64,000 nucleotides of DNA, from positions 52,623,745-52,687,744 of the forward strand of contig NC_057728.1 of the NCBI RefSeq assembly GCF_004010195.1, given 5' to 3'. This DNA comes from Chiloscyllium plagiosum. Lineage: Eukaryota. The notes beneath the pieces were generated by a model that was given only the letters and a program-made list of their open reading frames with translations, was not told where the DNA came from and did no database searches. A program made the position numbers and the translations under genes. Positions within the stretch are counted from its first letter, which is position 1. Each line of letters starts with the position of its first letter. Of the stretch, positions 13,077 to 25,120 are shown in pieces.

Positions 13077-13234
13077 CTTCTGCACTCTGATAACCAGATA
13101 TGTGAGAAATGTAGTGATGATCACAGTGCAAACAATGCTGATTCCAATAGCGGGTAAATAGTCGACTGATGTGACACAGTTAGCACATTGTCCTTTCACA
13201 GTATTTGGATCTCCTGTTTCTGCAGTTGTCTCTT
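13077..13234 (-). CDS. Candidate exon: stalk plus transmembrane helix of a type I membrane protein
   Basis: Acceptor tcttttatcaacag (phase 1), donor AAG|gtgagc; encodes (E)ETTAETGDPNTVKGQCANCVTSVDYLPAIGISIVCTVIITTFLTYLVIRVQK with a ~20 aa hydrophobic run followed by basic residues; lies in non-repeat DNA. Confidence 0.72.
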
Positions 13235-13518
13235 CTGTTGATAAAAGATAGCACTTCCTTGTTAATCCGCCATTGTAAATCTTTCCCACTTTAAACATGT
13301 CACCTTCATTATGAAATGCAACAGCTAATGTCACGTTCAATGTTTGGGAGGCAACATTTATCAAAAAATATTAAACAGATTAGAGGCCCTTTCTCCTTAA
13401 GAAAAAAGCTGAGGAGTTGACCTGATAGAGATCTTTATGATCATGAAAGGATTTTTATGGGGTAGACATGGAAAAGATGGTTCCACATGTGGGAGAGACC
13501 ACATCTAGAGGTCGATAA

Positions 13519-13640
13519 CCTAAGGTGAAGGAGCTGCGCTCCGAGAGCTTGTGATTTCAAATAAATCTGTTGGACTATAACTTGCTGACAAGTCACTTCT
13601 GACTTTGTCCACCCCAGTCAAACAACAGCACCTCCACATC
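13519..13640 (+). mobile_element. PLE terminal fragment (family C) inside an old CR1 3' fragment (about 13380-13880)
   Basis: gaaggagctgcgctccgagagcttgtg..aaataaatctgttggactataac..gtccaccccagtc; matches 15508-15889, 36845-36980, 55107-55235. Confidence 0.7.
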
Positions 13641-13939
13641 ATGACCAACAAATCCAGTAGGGAGTTCAGGAGGACTTTACTGGACAGTGCTGAGAATGTA
13701 GAACTCACTACCACAGGGACACGGGCAGTAAACAGTATACATTGTTGATGCATTTAAGGGGAATTGAGATAAATATGTGGCACACAAAGGAATAGAAAGA
13801 CATCTTGATGAGATTGAATGAAGAAAGGTGAGAGGAGATTGTTAGGGAGCATGAGCACAGCATAGGTCTGTTGGGCCAAAAATAGTTTGCATCACTTTAT
13901 ATCACTTTACAAAAGCAATGATTTGTTGCCCAGTCATAT

Positions 13940-14288
13940 AGGTAAAAACAATGACTGCAGATGCTGGAAACCAGATTCTGGGTTAGAGTGGCGCTGGAAA
14001 AGCACAGCAGTTCAGGCAGCATCCGAGGAGCAGGAAAATCAATGTTTCGGGCAAAAGCCCTTCATCAGGAATAGAGGCAGCGTGCCTGCAGGGTGGAGAG
14101 AAAAATGAAAGGAGGGTGGGGGTGGGGAGAAAGTGGCATAGAGTATTGCAGTGGGAGTGGGACTCCCTGAGATTCTTGTAGAGAGAGGAGGAAAACTTCT
14201 TCAAGGCAGGCATCCTTGCAAGAGGATTCGCAGTAGGGTTAAAATCAACTAGGTAAAAACAATGAAGCTGAAACCAGATTCTGGCCCC
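13940..14288 (-). mobile_element. Internally deleted PLE (family A) with terminal direct repeat and hammerhead motif
   Basis: taggtaaaaacaatga at 13939 and 14250 (311 bp period); minus strand CTGATGAAGGGCTTTTGCCCGAAAC at 14068-14044; 12 bp direct repeat gcccagtcatat at 13928-13939 and 14289-14300. Confidence 0.85.
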
Positions 14289-14379
14289 GCCCAGTCATAT
14301 CCCAAGTAATGTTTTAATTATCAGCTGCTTCACAAATCTGTGTAAAAAATCCACATACATTCCCTGTCTACAAACCTCA

Positions 14380-14830
14380 CAGCCTGCTATCAGCTGTGGC
14401 TCAGTGGGTGGGATTCTTGCTGGTTTAGGTCCCATTCCAGAGATCTCAACATTAACTTTAGGCTGACACTGCCAATGCAATAAAGCTGGAGTGCTGCACT
14501 GTCAGAAGTACCTCCTTTTGGATGAATTGTGAAGAAGATGCCTTAACTTCCCTCTCCGTCGATGTGACAGATCTACTTGAAAGACAACAGGGAGTTCTCC
14601 ATGGTTCCCTGGCTAATATATGTCCTTAAGTCAACATTATACAAATGAAAAAAAAAACTGGTTATCTAATCACTATCTCATTCTTGCTTGTGGGAGCTTG
14701 CTGTATACAGATTGGCTATTGCTCTTCCCAAATTATAGCTATAACTGTTTTTTAAAAGCACATTAAGGCCTATAAAGCCTTTTACTACTTTCGTAGAGGA
14801 GCTACATGCAATGAAGCTACTGTCTTTCTT
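14380..14830 (+). mobile_element. Deu-domain SINE (SacSINE1/AmnSINE-like), best-preserved copy
   Basis: tRNA-like head gtggctcagtgg, core gggagttctcc..cctggctaatat..tgcttgtgggagcttgctgt, L2-type tail. Confidence 0.65.
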
Positions 14831-14869
14831 GCAATTTTAATTTGCATTTTTCTGTCAACATTCATGATC

Positions 14870-16200
14870 GTGAATTGCCATATGCAATGTGACAGGATTA
14901 ATTAATGATCTCAGAATTAAGACACCTCTATGCATCAGTGACCACAATATGATTGAAATTTACATCCACTTCGAGAAGGAGAAGACTGGGTCTAAGACTT
15001 GCATTTTAAACCTAAATGAGGGCAACCACTTGGGCATGAAAGCTGAGCTAGTGAAGGTGAACTGACGTAAGGACTTGGGGATAGATGAACAGAGACAGAG
15101 TGGTAGATATTTTAGGGGCTATTTCTGAAAGCTGAGAAAAAGTATATTCCTACTACAAAGAAACATCCTCAAGGGAGCGCCGACCATCTGCAGTTCTCTA
15201 AACGAATTTGGGTAAGCATCAAAATTGAGGAAAAAGCACAGAAGTGTGCAAAGATTGTGGCAATTCAGATGATTGGTCAAAACAAAGAACATCAGAGAAT
15301 GACTAAAAGATTGATCAGGAGGAAGAAGTTAAAGTATAAGAGGAAGCCAGCTGGGAATGTGAAAACTGATAGAAACAGTTTTCTCAAGGTATTCAAAAAG
15401 GAAAAGAATAAAAAAATATTAACAGAAGGAGGGCATTGTTGGCTAGAGCAGCATTCACTGCCCATCCCTAATTTTTCAGAGGGTACTTAAGAGTGGTCCT
15501 CTAGAGAGTTAAAAATCACACAACACCAGGTTATAGTCCAACGGCTTTATTTGGAAGCACTAAGCTTTCGGAGCGCTACTCCTTTATCAGGTGGTTCTGG
15601 AATATAAGATCATAAGACACAGAATTTACAGCAAAAGTTTACAGTGTGATGTAACTGAAATTATATATTGAAAAGGACCTGGACTGTTTGTTAAGTCTCT
15701 CATCTTTTAGAATGGGCATGTTGGTTTCAGTTCTTTCATATGTAAATTGCAGAACGTTTTTAAAAGTTACACTGTCACAATTTAACAATTGGTGTCATGT
15801 CGGCCCAGATGATGCATTTAAGGCGTGAGTTGCCCTGTGTGAGACTGTCTGTGCCACAATGTTCAGATGGATTCTAATCTAAAAAAATCTCCTCTAAAGA
15901 TTGAGAATGGGGAGCCAATTGTACATAATAATGAAACAGTAGCTTAAATGAACAAATATTTTGCTTCTGTCTTCACCATTCCAGTAATAAGCTGTAACTC
16001 AGGAGATAGAAGGGAGTGAGAAACAGCCTCAGAAGGTGGTGGTGGCAGGGCCACTAATAATTTTAAGACAGCACTAGATAGGTTCTGGTTAGGTGGGAAT
16101 CAAGGGCTATTGGAATTGACTGGAATGTGGAATTTGAAACATAAACAGATTGGTCATGATCTTATTGAATGGCAGAGGAGAGTGAATTGGCTGAATGGTC
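14870..16200 (+). mobile_element. Old fragmented CR1 (endonuclease-RT linker and 3' end) with nested insertions
   Basis: SDHNMIE-like agtgaccacaatatgattgaa, lysine-rich linker ORF 15257-15490, tattttgcttctgtcttcac (YFASVF). Confidence 0.65.
15508..15889 (-). mobile_element. PLE 3' fragment (family C) with degenerate hammerhead-like motif
   Basis: Minus strand CTGATAAAGGAGTAGCGCTCCGAAAGCTTA at 15590-15561; flanking tcctcta(g/a)aga at 15497-15507 and 15890-15900. Confidence 0.7.
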
Positions 16201-16206
16201 CATATT

Positions 16207-16513
16207 TTAGATTAGATTAGATTTTCTACAGTGTGGAAACAGGTCCTTCGGCCCAACAAATCCACACTGCCCCTCCGAAGGGAAACCCGCCCAAACCCAT
16301 TCCCCTACCCTATATTTACCTCTGACTAACGCACCTAACACTGGGGGCAATTTAGCATGGCCAATTCACCTGACCTGCACATCTTTGGATTGTGGAAGGA
16401 AACCCACGCAGACACAGGGAGAATATGCAAACTCCACACAGACAGGCAGGAATTGAACCTAGGACCCTGGTGCTGTGAGACAGCAGTGCGAACCGCTGAG
16501 TCACCGTGCCGCC
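16207..16513 (-). mobile_element. HE1-type V-SINE
   Basis: Head, V-domain, TAATC tail. Confidence 0.9.
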
Positions 16514-17078
16514 AATAGTTGCTCCTATTTTGTATGTCTTTCATTCAATAGTTCGGTGAGCATGAGGTGGCTCTGTGGAGAAGATTTCTGTGCTTACAAC
16601 TCTTTCGCCATCTTCCAACTCAATGGTCTCCAACACATAGGTCATGACTAGTTGGTTAATCATAGAGTCTCTGATGCTTGAAATTGTCACTTTTTTTAAA
16701 TCAAGAAGTGAAGTGTGCAGTTAGCTGTTGGCTCAATTTCAAGCTTCTTACAAACATAACACCAAAATCGAATGAGCTGAACTGTGAACTGTAGGGAAAG
16801 GTTAGACAAGTAGCACATATGAACAGTGCTGTGAATGCATTCAAATCAAAAAGGGGGTCTGCGGTCCTCCTAATTCAAAAATAAAATGCTGCACCACTTT
16901 TAAGAAAATATAAGAAAAAAATGAAAGGCTAATGGTTCCACCCAGAAAGCTAGTGCACACCGACTAAGCTAGTCAAATTCAGCATGTGATTTCAGCAATT
17001 AGATGTCATGCTGTCATAGAGGAGTACAGCACGGAAACAGATCCTCCAGTCCAACTTATCCATGCCGACCAGATATCC

Positions 17079-17171
17079 GAGGCAAAACTGAGGACTGTAG
17101 ATGCTGGAAACCAGAGTTTAGATCAGAGTGGCAGCATCTGAGGAGCAGGAAAATCGACGTTTCGGGCAAAA
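17079..17171 (-). mobile_element. Truncated PLE end (family A)
   Basis: Ends inside hammerhead stem II; 12 bp direct repeat gaccagatatcc at 17067-17078 and 17172-17183. Confidence 0.82.
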
Positions 17172-17401
17172 GACCAGATATCCTAACCTATTCTGGTCCC
17201 ATTTGTCAGTACTTGGCCCATATCCCATCCAAACCTTTCCTATTCATATACCCATCCAGATGCCTTTAAATGCTGTAATTGTCCCAGCCTCCACCACTTA
17301 CTCTGGCAGCTCATTCCATGCACGCATCATCCTCTGCATGAAAACATTGCCCCTTAGGTTCCTTTTATATATTTCTCCTCTCACCCTTTACCTTATGTCC
17401 T

Positions 17402-17713
17402 TGATTAGATTAGATTACATTACAGTGTGGAAACAGGCCCTTCGGCCCAACAAGTCCACACCGACCCACCGAAGTGGAACCCACCCATACCCCTACATTT
17501 ACCCCTTATCTAACACTATGGGCAATTTAGCATGGCCAATTCACCTGACCTGCACATCTTTGGACTGTGGGAGGAAACCGGAGCACCCGGAGGAAACCCA
17601 CACAGATACAGGGAGAATGTGCAAACTCCACACAGTCGCCTGAGGCGGGAATTGAACCCGGGTCTCAGGCGCTGTGAGGCAGCAGTGCTAACCACTGTGC
17701 CACCGTGCCGCCC
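17402..17713 (-). mobile_element. HE1-type V-SINE (young)
   Basis: Near-identical to 42234-42555 and 44728-45039. Confidence 0.92.
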
Positions 17714-18025
17714 ACGGTGTTCTGGACTCGCCCACCCCAGGGAAAATACTTTGTCTATTTATCCTATCCATGCCCCTCATGATTTTATAAATCTCGACAA
17801 GGTCACCCCTCAGCCTCTGATGCACCTGTGAAACAGTATCAGCCTATTCAACCTCTCCCTGTAGCTCAAATTCTCCAACCCTGGCAACTTCCTTGTAAAT
17901 CTTTTCTGAACCCTTTCAAATTTACAACATCCTTGCGATAGGAAGGAGACTAGAATTGCATGCAATATTTCAAAAGTGGCGTAATCAGTGTCATGTACAG
18001 CCGCAACATGACCTCCCAACTCCTG

Positions 18026-18238
18026 CAGACAGTGTAGTGCTGGAAAAGCACAGGAGGTCAGGCAGCATCCGAGGAGCAGGAGAATCAACTTTTCAGGCAT
18101 AAGTCCTTCATCATTCCTGATGAAGGGCTTATGCCCGAAACGTCGATTCTCCTGCTCCTCAGATGCTGACTGGCCTGCCTGCTTTTCCAGCCCTACACTC
18201 TCGACTCTGAGCTCCAGCATCTGCAGTCCTCACTTTCT
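18026..18238 (+). mobile_element. Palindromic PLE-derived mini-element (family A)
   Basis: Inverted arms; 14 bp direct repeat cctcccaactcctg at 18012-18025 and 18239-18252. Confidence 0.88.
18113..18148 (+). ncRNA. Minimal type I hammerhead ribozyme motif (intact core)
   Basis: CTGATGA-A-GGGC-TTAT-GCCC-GAAAC-GTC: conserved boxes, 4 bp stem II, palindromic ACGT helix III, NUH site GTC at 18142-18144. Confidence 0.72.
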
Positions 18239-19732
18239 CCTCCCAACTCCTGTACTCAATACTCGACCAATAAAGGAAAGCACACCATATTGCCTTCTTT
18301 ATTATCCTATCTACCTGCAACTCCACTTTCAAGGAACAATGAACCTGCACTCTATGGTCGCCTTGTTCAGCAGCACTCCCTAGGACCTTACCATTAAGTG
18401 TATGAGTCCTGCTCTGATTCGCTTTTCCAAAATGCAGCACTTCACATTTATCTAAATTAAACTCCATCTGCCACTCCTCACCCCATTGGTCCATCTGATC
18501 AAGATCCTGTTGTACTCTGTGGTAACCTTCTTCGCTGTCTGCTACACCTCCAATTTTGGTGTCATCTGCAAACGTACTAACTGTACTCCTAATGTTCACA
18601 TCCAAATCATTTATACAAATGACAAAAAGTAGTGGACCAAGCACCGATCCTTGTGGCACTCCACTGGTCACAGGCCTCCAGTCTGAAAAACAACACCCCA
18701 TCACAATCCTCTGTCTTCTACCTTCAAGCCAGTTCTGTATATAAATGGCAAGTTCTCCCTGTATTCCATGAGATCTAACCTTGCTAATCAGTCTCCTGGG
18801 GAACCCTTGTCGAATGCCTTATTAAACTCCAATTAGATCACATCCACAGCTCTGCCCTCATCAATCCTCTTTGTTACGTCTTCAAAAAACTCAATCAAGT
18901 TTGTGAGACATGATTTCCCATGCACAAAGCCATGTGACTATCCCTATTCAGTTCTTGCCTTTCCAAATACATATAAATCATATCCCTTAGGATTCCCTCT
19001 GACAACTTTCCCACCACTGAAGTCAGGCTCACTGGTCTATAGTTCCCTGGCTTGTCCTTACCATCTTTCTTAAATAGTGGCACCACGTTAACCAACCTTC
19101 AGTCTTCAGGCACCTCACCTGTGACTATTGATGTAAATATCTCAGCAAGAGGCCCAGCAAACTCTTCCTTAGCTTCCCAGAGTCATACGGTATAGGTCCT
19201 GGGGCTTTATCCACTTTTATGCGTATCAAGATATCCGACACTTCCTCCTCTGTAATATGGACATTTTCAGGGTGTCACCATCTATTTCCCCATATTCTAT
19301 ATGGTGTGATGAGACAAATCATGGTGTTTGTCTCAAATCCATTTCTTCATGTAGACACTGGGGGTTGACTACCAAGCTCCATCAGATGTTTGATTTACAA
19401 AGCAGTGGAGTTGATATGGAAATAATTACTATACAAAATGAAATTAGGCTAGTAGACAGATCAAGGAATGGAGCAATTTGAGGGTCTCGTACGCAGAGAA
19501 AAATTTCCGCTCCTGCCATCCTGTGTTTTTAAAGTACAGGTTTATATTGACTCCACATACTGCCGTGAGACACTGTTCTCTCAAATGAGGATAATCAGTG
19601 TCATGTATCTAACCTGCCTCATACATAGCCATTTGATGGACTGTATATGACTAGCAGTCTCAACCTATCACACTTTCCAACCCAGAATTCAAGGCACAAG
19701 CAGACAATGCACAGTCTCAGGTGTGGATATTC

Positions 19733-20175
19733 TTATGTTATTAAGCTGGAGAGGGTTCAGAAGAGATTTACCACAATGTTGCTGGGAATGGAGGGGTTGG
19801 GTTATAAGAAAAGGCTGGATGGGATAGAACCTTTTTTCACTGAAGCTTAGTACATTCAGGGACAACCTTACAGAGGTTTATAAAATCATGAAGGGCATGG
19901 ATAAGGTGAATGGCAGATGTCTTTTCCATTGGGTGGGGGATTTCAAAACTATTTTTAAAGTGTGAAGAGAAAGATTAAAAAAAAGACATAAGCGACATTT
20001 TATTTACACAGACAGTGGTTCGTGTGTAAAATGAAATTTCAGAAGAAGTGGTAGATGCGGGTACAGTTACAACGTTTAAAAGATGTTTAGATAAGTACAC
20101 GAATAAGAAATATTTGGAGGGATATAGGCCATGTGCAGGTAGGTGGGACAAGTTTAGTTTGGGATTATGGTTTTC
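19733..20175 (+). mobile_element. CR1 LINE 3' fragment
   Basis: KLERVQKRFTTMLLGMEGLGYKKRL; same subfamily as 60040-60685. Confidence 0.88.
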
Positions 20176-20299
20176 TTTAGGGTAGTTACTGTTTTACACT
20201 CAACATCAAATTTTGATAGTGATCTGTGCCTTAAAGGGCTGGCAACCACTGTTGTAACATGTGTTTAAAAAAAACCTTACATTCATCAGACATTATCGA

Positions 20300-20620
20300 C
20301 ATCATGAACAATTTATTGATTACACAGAATCAATCGCACATTGCACCAAGACTGAATGAATCCTTTATCCTTAAAGAGGCTGCTTCCTACTTCACAAAAT
20401 TATTGAACTCAGTCACAAGATTCCCTTCAATTCTGTGTGCTTCCATTTTTGTTATAATCTCGTGTGGTAAGATATCAAATACCATATTGACAACATTCAT
20501 AGGCATTGCCGTATCCTCCATTTGCATGACCAGATAGATTGGTCAGAAATTACAAATCCTTCAGAAATCCGTGTAGATCTTTGTTAAGAAACTGATGCTT
20601 GTCTTTTTCTGAAGAAATGG
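20300..20620 (-). mobile_element. Very old CR1 RT fragment
   Basis: Minus strand LHGFLK..LTNL..FDILPHE..TKMEAHRIEGNL resembles QHGF/SCLTNL/FDKVPH. Confidence 0.55.
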
Positions 20621-21364
20621 TACAATTCCAAAAGAGGGTGAAGGAACAGAGGGACCTGTGAGGATGTGTGCATAAATTATTGAAGGTAGCAAGTCAGATT
20701 GAGAGCCCGGTTATTAAGGGCACACAATATCTTAGGTTTTATTACAAAGAGTATAGGGTACAAGTGCCGAGAGATGATATACTGTACACTAATTCAACTT
20801 TAACTGGACTATTGCATCCAGTTCTGAGCTCCATACTTCAGGAAAAATGGGAAGGCAGGAGAGAAGGTGCTGAAAAGATTTGCAAGATTGGGTCCAGATG
20901 ACGAACTTCAGTCAATAGAGGGCTGATTGGGGACCAAAAAGGGGATTTATACTTAGAGGCAAGAGTCATGACCAGGTACAAAATGAATACTTTACATCCG
21001 TCTTTACTTATGAGGTGTATCCAATAAGATTGAGCTGAACTGCCTCAAACTTCAACTCCTCTTTCCTGCCGGCTCGCTGATGTGGATGACAGACATTCAC
21101 GACTCTCTGGGAGAAGAAATTCCTTCATGTTTCAGTTTTAAATTGTGTCTCCATTATTCTGTAACTATATCCTCTAGTTAGACACTCCCATGCTTGTAGG
21201 AACATCTTCTCAATATCTATCTTGTCAAGATCCCTCAGATCCAAAGTGGACAGGGAGAAGTTGTTCCTATTGGTCAAAGGATCAAGAAGCAGAGGGCACA
21301 GAATTAAGTTAATTGGAAAGGAAAAAAATGAATCATGAGGAATATGTTCATGTGGCAAGTGCCA

Positions 21365-22200
21365 ATTAAAGAATTGGCTTGATGATAGGAGACAGAGGGA
21401 AATGGTGGACGGTTGTTTTTCAGACTGGAGGCCTATAACCAGCAGTGGTTTGCAGGGATTGGTGCTGGATCCACTGTTGTTTGTCACTGATCTGCATGGT
21501 TTGGATGAGAATGTTGGAAGCATGTTTTATAAGTTTGCTGATGACACCAAAATTTGTAGTATATTAAACACTGAGGAAAGTTATCTAAGATTACAAGGGG
21601 ATCTTAATCTATTGGGCTAATGGATCAAGGAGTGGCAGTTGGAGTTTAATTTAGATAAATGTGAGGAGTTGCATTTTGGTTAAGACAAATAAGGGCAGAA
21701 TTTACACAGTAAATGGTAGAGCCCTGAGGAGTATTGCAAAACAGAGAGATCTCAGGGTTCAGGTATATAGTTCATTGAAAGTGGTGTCACAGGTAGACAA
21801 AATAGTAAAGAAGGCATTTGGAATGTTTGCCTTCATTGCTTAGATTATTGAGTTGGGATGGCATGTTGTGCTCGTACAGGACATTGATGAGATGACATTT
21901 GGAGTACTGTATCCAGTTCTGGTAACCCTGCTATAGGAAGGATATTATTAAAGTGCAGAGTGTGCAGAGAAGATGTACAAGGATGTTAACTGGATTGGAA
22001 GGTTTGAATTGTAAGGAGAGGCTGGATACGCTGGAACATTTTTCACTGGAGCATAGGAGGTTGAGGGGTGACCTTTGAGATTTTTAAAATCATGAGGGGC
22101 ACAGATAAGGTGAATAGCAAAGGTCTTTTCCCGAGGATGAGGGAGCTCAAAACTAGATACATAATTTCAAAGTGACAGGAGAAAGATTTGAAAGGGACCC
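21365..22200 (+). mobile_element. CR1 LINE RT-to-3' fragment
   Basis: FSDWRPITSSGLQGLVLDP, KFADDTK, QRDLRVQV..KKAFGM. Confidence 0.92.
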
Positions 22201-22932
22201 TCTCACTGAGAGAGCCGAGAGGTGTAGGCAGGTTCCGTTGAGGTGTTCAGGAGGGAATTGAATTTTTATCTGAAGAGGAAGACTGTACAGGATTATCAGG
22301 AGAAAGCAGGGAGTTGCAGTAGGTGAATTGCTCCATTGGCGAGCCACTGTATATACAGGGCGTACCGAATATCCTCCTTTGGTCGTGGTGAGGTGAACCT
22401 TTCAGTGGAACTGAAGTAAAATAGAAATATATTGGTTTCAAATCAGTGGAAGGGAGTTGGATGCAGGAAGAGTGAGATGAAAATTCTGTGGTAGGGTGAT
22501 GGGCAAAGGAGATTAAGTTGCAAAAGTGTACAAGTGCCATTGGGAGTGGTAATGCATACAATAAAGGACAAAAGACATCTTCAGATGTGAGAGGAATGGC
22601 TATATAACAATAATTTCAATGCAACATAAATAGGTAAAATTATAACAAGACCAAACTAGTCACATGTTTATTGTGAACAGCAGGAATTGCCACACCCAGA
22701 GATAATAATGCATTGAGCTGGGAATTTGCAGGTTCCCTATAAAAATGATTTCATGGCGAAATTAACTGCAGCAACATAATTCCACAGAAAAACCACAGCT
22801 ATTTCACTGCCGATTGAATACAATTTGTCATGTTTCGTAATATTCTCGGAAGTTTGCAAAATGAAAAGATTATTTTACAAACTAAAAGGCAAACTAAAAA
22901 TTTGATCAAAGAACTGGAATTTAAAACGTATA

Positions 22933-23149
22933 CAGGTCGTTCTGCTATAACGTGCGTTTTGTTAATGCAAATTTGCTAAAACATGATTGACGAATCGGGG
23001 ACAGTTTTTAAAGTGCAAACTTTTAAAGTGTGTATTAGTTATAATGTGATTCCAGCTCCATTAGTTTAAATGGTGCTGCTATTAAGCGATTTTCTCAATA
23101 AATGGGATTGCAAAAGAACAGAACTATCACGTTATAGCAGAACCAAGTG
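22933..23149. mobile_element. Tc1/mariner (Tigger/pogo-like) MITE
   Basis: TIRs caggtcgttctgctataacgtg / cacgttatagcagaaccaagtg flanked by TA on both sides; second copy at 63634-63844. Confidence 0.8.
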
Positions 23150-23820
23150 TATTTACAAAATTACGAGGTCTTTGCAGGGAAAGCAGATGAATGTGCATGA
23201 TTTGAAAAAGTTGGCACAGGCATAGGGATAATGCAGTAAGATTATCCTTAAAAAGATCACTTGGCACATTCAATTTCAGTTTCTCCTTAGTCACTTTACC
23301 CATAAGTCTTTTTTTGATCAACAAGCAATATGTGCTATTTTCCTTCATATGAATCATAATGAGGATTCGGAACTTCAAATTACCTCTTAAATGAAGTTCA
23401 ACTTGAAACTGATCTGTCATCTTTGTATGTTAGAGCAAGTTAGAGCAGTTTCCAATGGAACACATGAATGGCTGTTACCACACTTGCTTTTCCAATCACA
23501 GTATCATCCCAGTTTGAGTAATAACTTTTACACTTATTTAATAGATAATTAAAAACTGGAAGGTCCAATATAGACTGGAAATCAATATTCCAATAGGGGT
23601 TGGAAAATGTTGCCCTCCCCCACCCAACTCACATCTGAATTTCCAATGTCAAATCCATCGAGTTTGACTTCAAGTAAAAAAGTATTCAGAAAAATATCTA
23701 CGCTCAAGAGTGCTTTTACTTTACTGTGGGAGTCACTGGTGTAACCCTTTCTTGCTGTGCATGATACTTTGTTACATTCACAGCATTGACACCAGTGTGC
23801 TTTGTAAAACTTGCATACTA

Positions 23821-25120
23821 TGGTGGATGTCTTGAAGGGTAAAGGTGGATAAATCCCCAGGACCTGGTCAGGTGTACCTGAGAACTCTGTGGGAAGCTAC
23901 GGAAGTGATTGCTGGGCCTCTTGCTGAGATATTTGTATCATCGATAGTCACAGGTGAGGTGCCGGAAGACTAGAGGTTGGCAAATGCGATGCCACTGTTT
24001 AAGAAGGGTGATAAGGACAAGCCAGAGAACTATAGATCAGTGAACCTGACGTCGGTGGTGGGCAAGTTGTTGGAGGGAATCGTGAGGGACAGGATGTACA
24101 TGTATTTGAAAAGGCAAGGACTGATTAGGGATAGTCAACATGGCTTTGTGCATGGGAAATCATGTCTCACAAACTTGATTGAGTTTTTTGAAGAAGTAAC
24201 AAAGAGGATTGATGAGGGCAGAGCGGTAGATGTGATCTATNNNNNNNNNNNNNNNNNNNNNNNNNNNNNNNNNNNNNNNNNNNNNNNNNNNNNNNNNNNN
24301 NNNNNNNNNNNNNNNNNNNNNNNNNNNNNNNNNNNNNNNNNNNNNNNNNNNNNNNNNNNNNNNNNNNNNNNNNNNNNNNNNNNNNNNNNNNNNNNNNNNN
24401 NNNNNNNNNNNNNNNNNNNNNNNNNNNNNNNNNNNNNNNNNNNNNNNNNNNNNNNNNNNNNNNNNNNNNNNNNNNNNNNNNNNNNNNNNNNNNNNNNNNN
24501 NNNNNNNNNNNNNNNNNNNNNNNNNNNNNNNNNNNNNNNNNNNNNNNNNNNNNNNNNNNNNNNNNNNNNNNNNNNNNNNNNNNNNNTTCTGGTCTCCTTC
24601 CTATTGGAAAGATGTTGTAAAACTTGAAAGGGTTCAGAAAAAATTTACAAGGATGTTGCCAGGGTTGGAGGATTTGAGCTATGGGGAGAGGCTGAACAGG
24701 CTGGGGCTGTTTTCCCAGGAGTGTCGGAGGCTGAAGGGTGTCCTTATAGAGGTTTACAAAATTATGAGGGGCATGGATAGGGTAAAGAGGCAAAGTATTT
24801 TCCCTGGGGTCGGGGAGTCCAGAACTAGAGGGCATAGGTTTAGGGTGAGAGGGGAAAGATATAAAAGGGACCTAAGGGGCAACATTTTCACACAGAGGGT
24901 GGTATGTGTATGGAATGAGCTGCCACAGCAAGTGGTGGAGGCTGATACAATTGCAACATTTAGGAGGCATTTGGATGGGTATATGAATACGAAGGGTTTG
25001 GAGGGATATAGGCTGGGTGCTAGCAGGGGGGACGAGATTGGGTTGGGATATCTGGTTGGCATGAACGGGTTGGACCGAAGGGTCAGTTTCCACGCTGTAT
25101 ATCTCTATGACTCTATGTTC
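23821..25120 (+). mobile_element. Young CR1 LINE fragment spanning an assembly gap
   Basis: KSPGP, PENYRSVNLTSVVGK, SQHGFVHGKSCLTNLIEFFEEVT, then an intact C-terminal ORF 24653-25132. Confidence 0.95.
24241..24586. other. Assembly gap (N run)
   Basis: Run of n. Confidence 1.

Larger units (their letters stand above)
17015..19297 (-). mobile_element. CR1 LINE (RT and 3' end) carrying nested SINE and two PLE pieces
   Basis: ORFs 18895-19095 (PGNYRPVSLTSVVGK) and 18159-18704 (SGVPQGSVLGP, FADDTK, FNLDKCEVLHFG). Confidence 0.95.

Noticed and set aside
19470..19530. Minus-strand DGRSGNFSLR, resembling an Ig V-domain strand E motif
   Set aside because: No downstream DxxxYxC and flanked by stops
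23127..23420. 97 aa minus ORF with a faint Ig/B7-like NSTYC stretch, a possible ectodomain exon
   Set aside because: No paired Cys/Trp Ig pattern, an upstream in-frame stop, weak splice sites, and its 3' end runs into a MITE
23977..24835. Long ORFs containing X runs (also 33887-34205)
   Set aside because: Artefacts of N gaps within repeats
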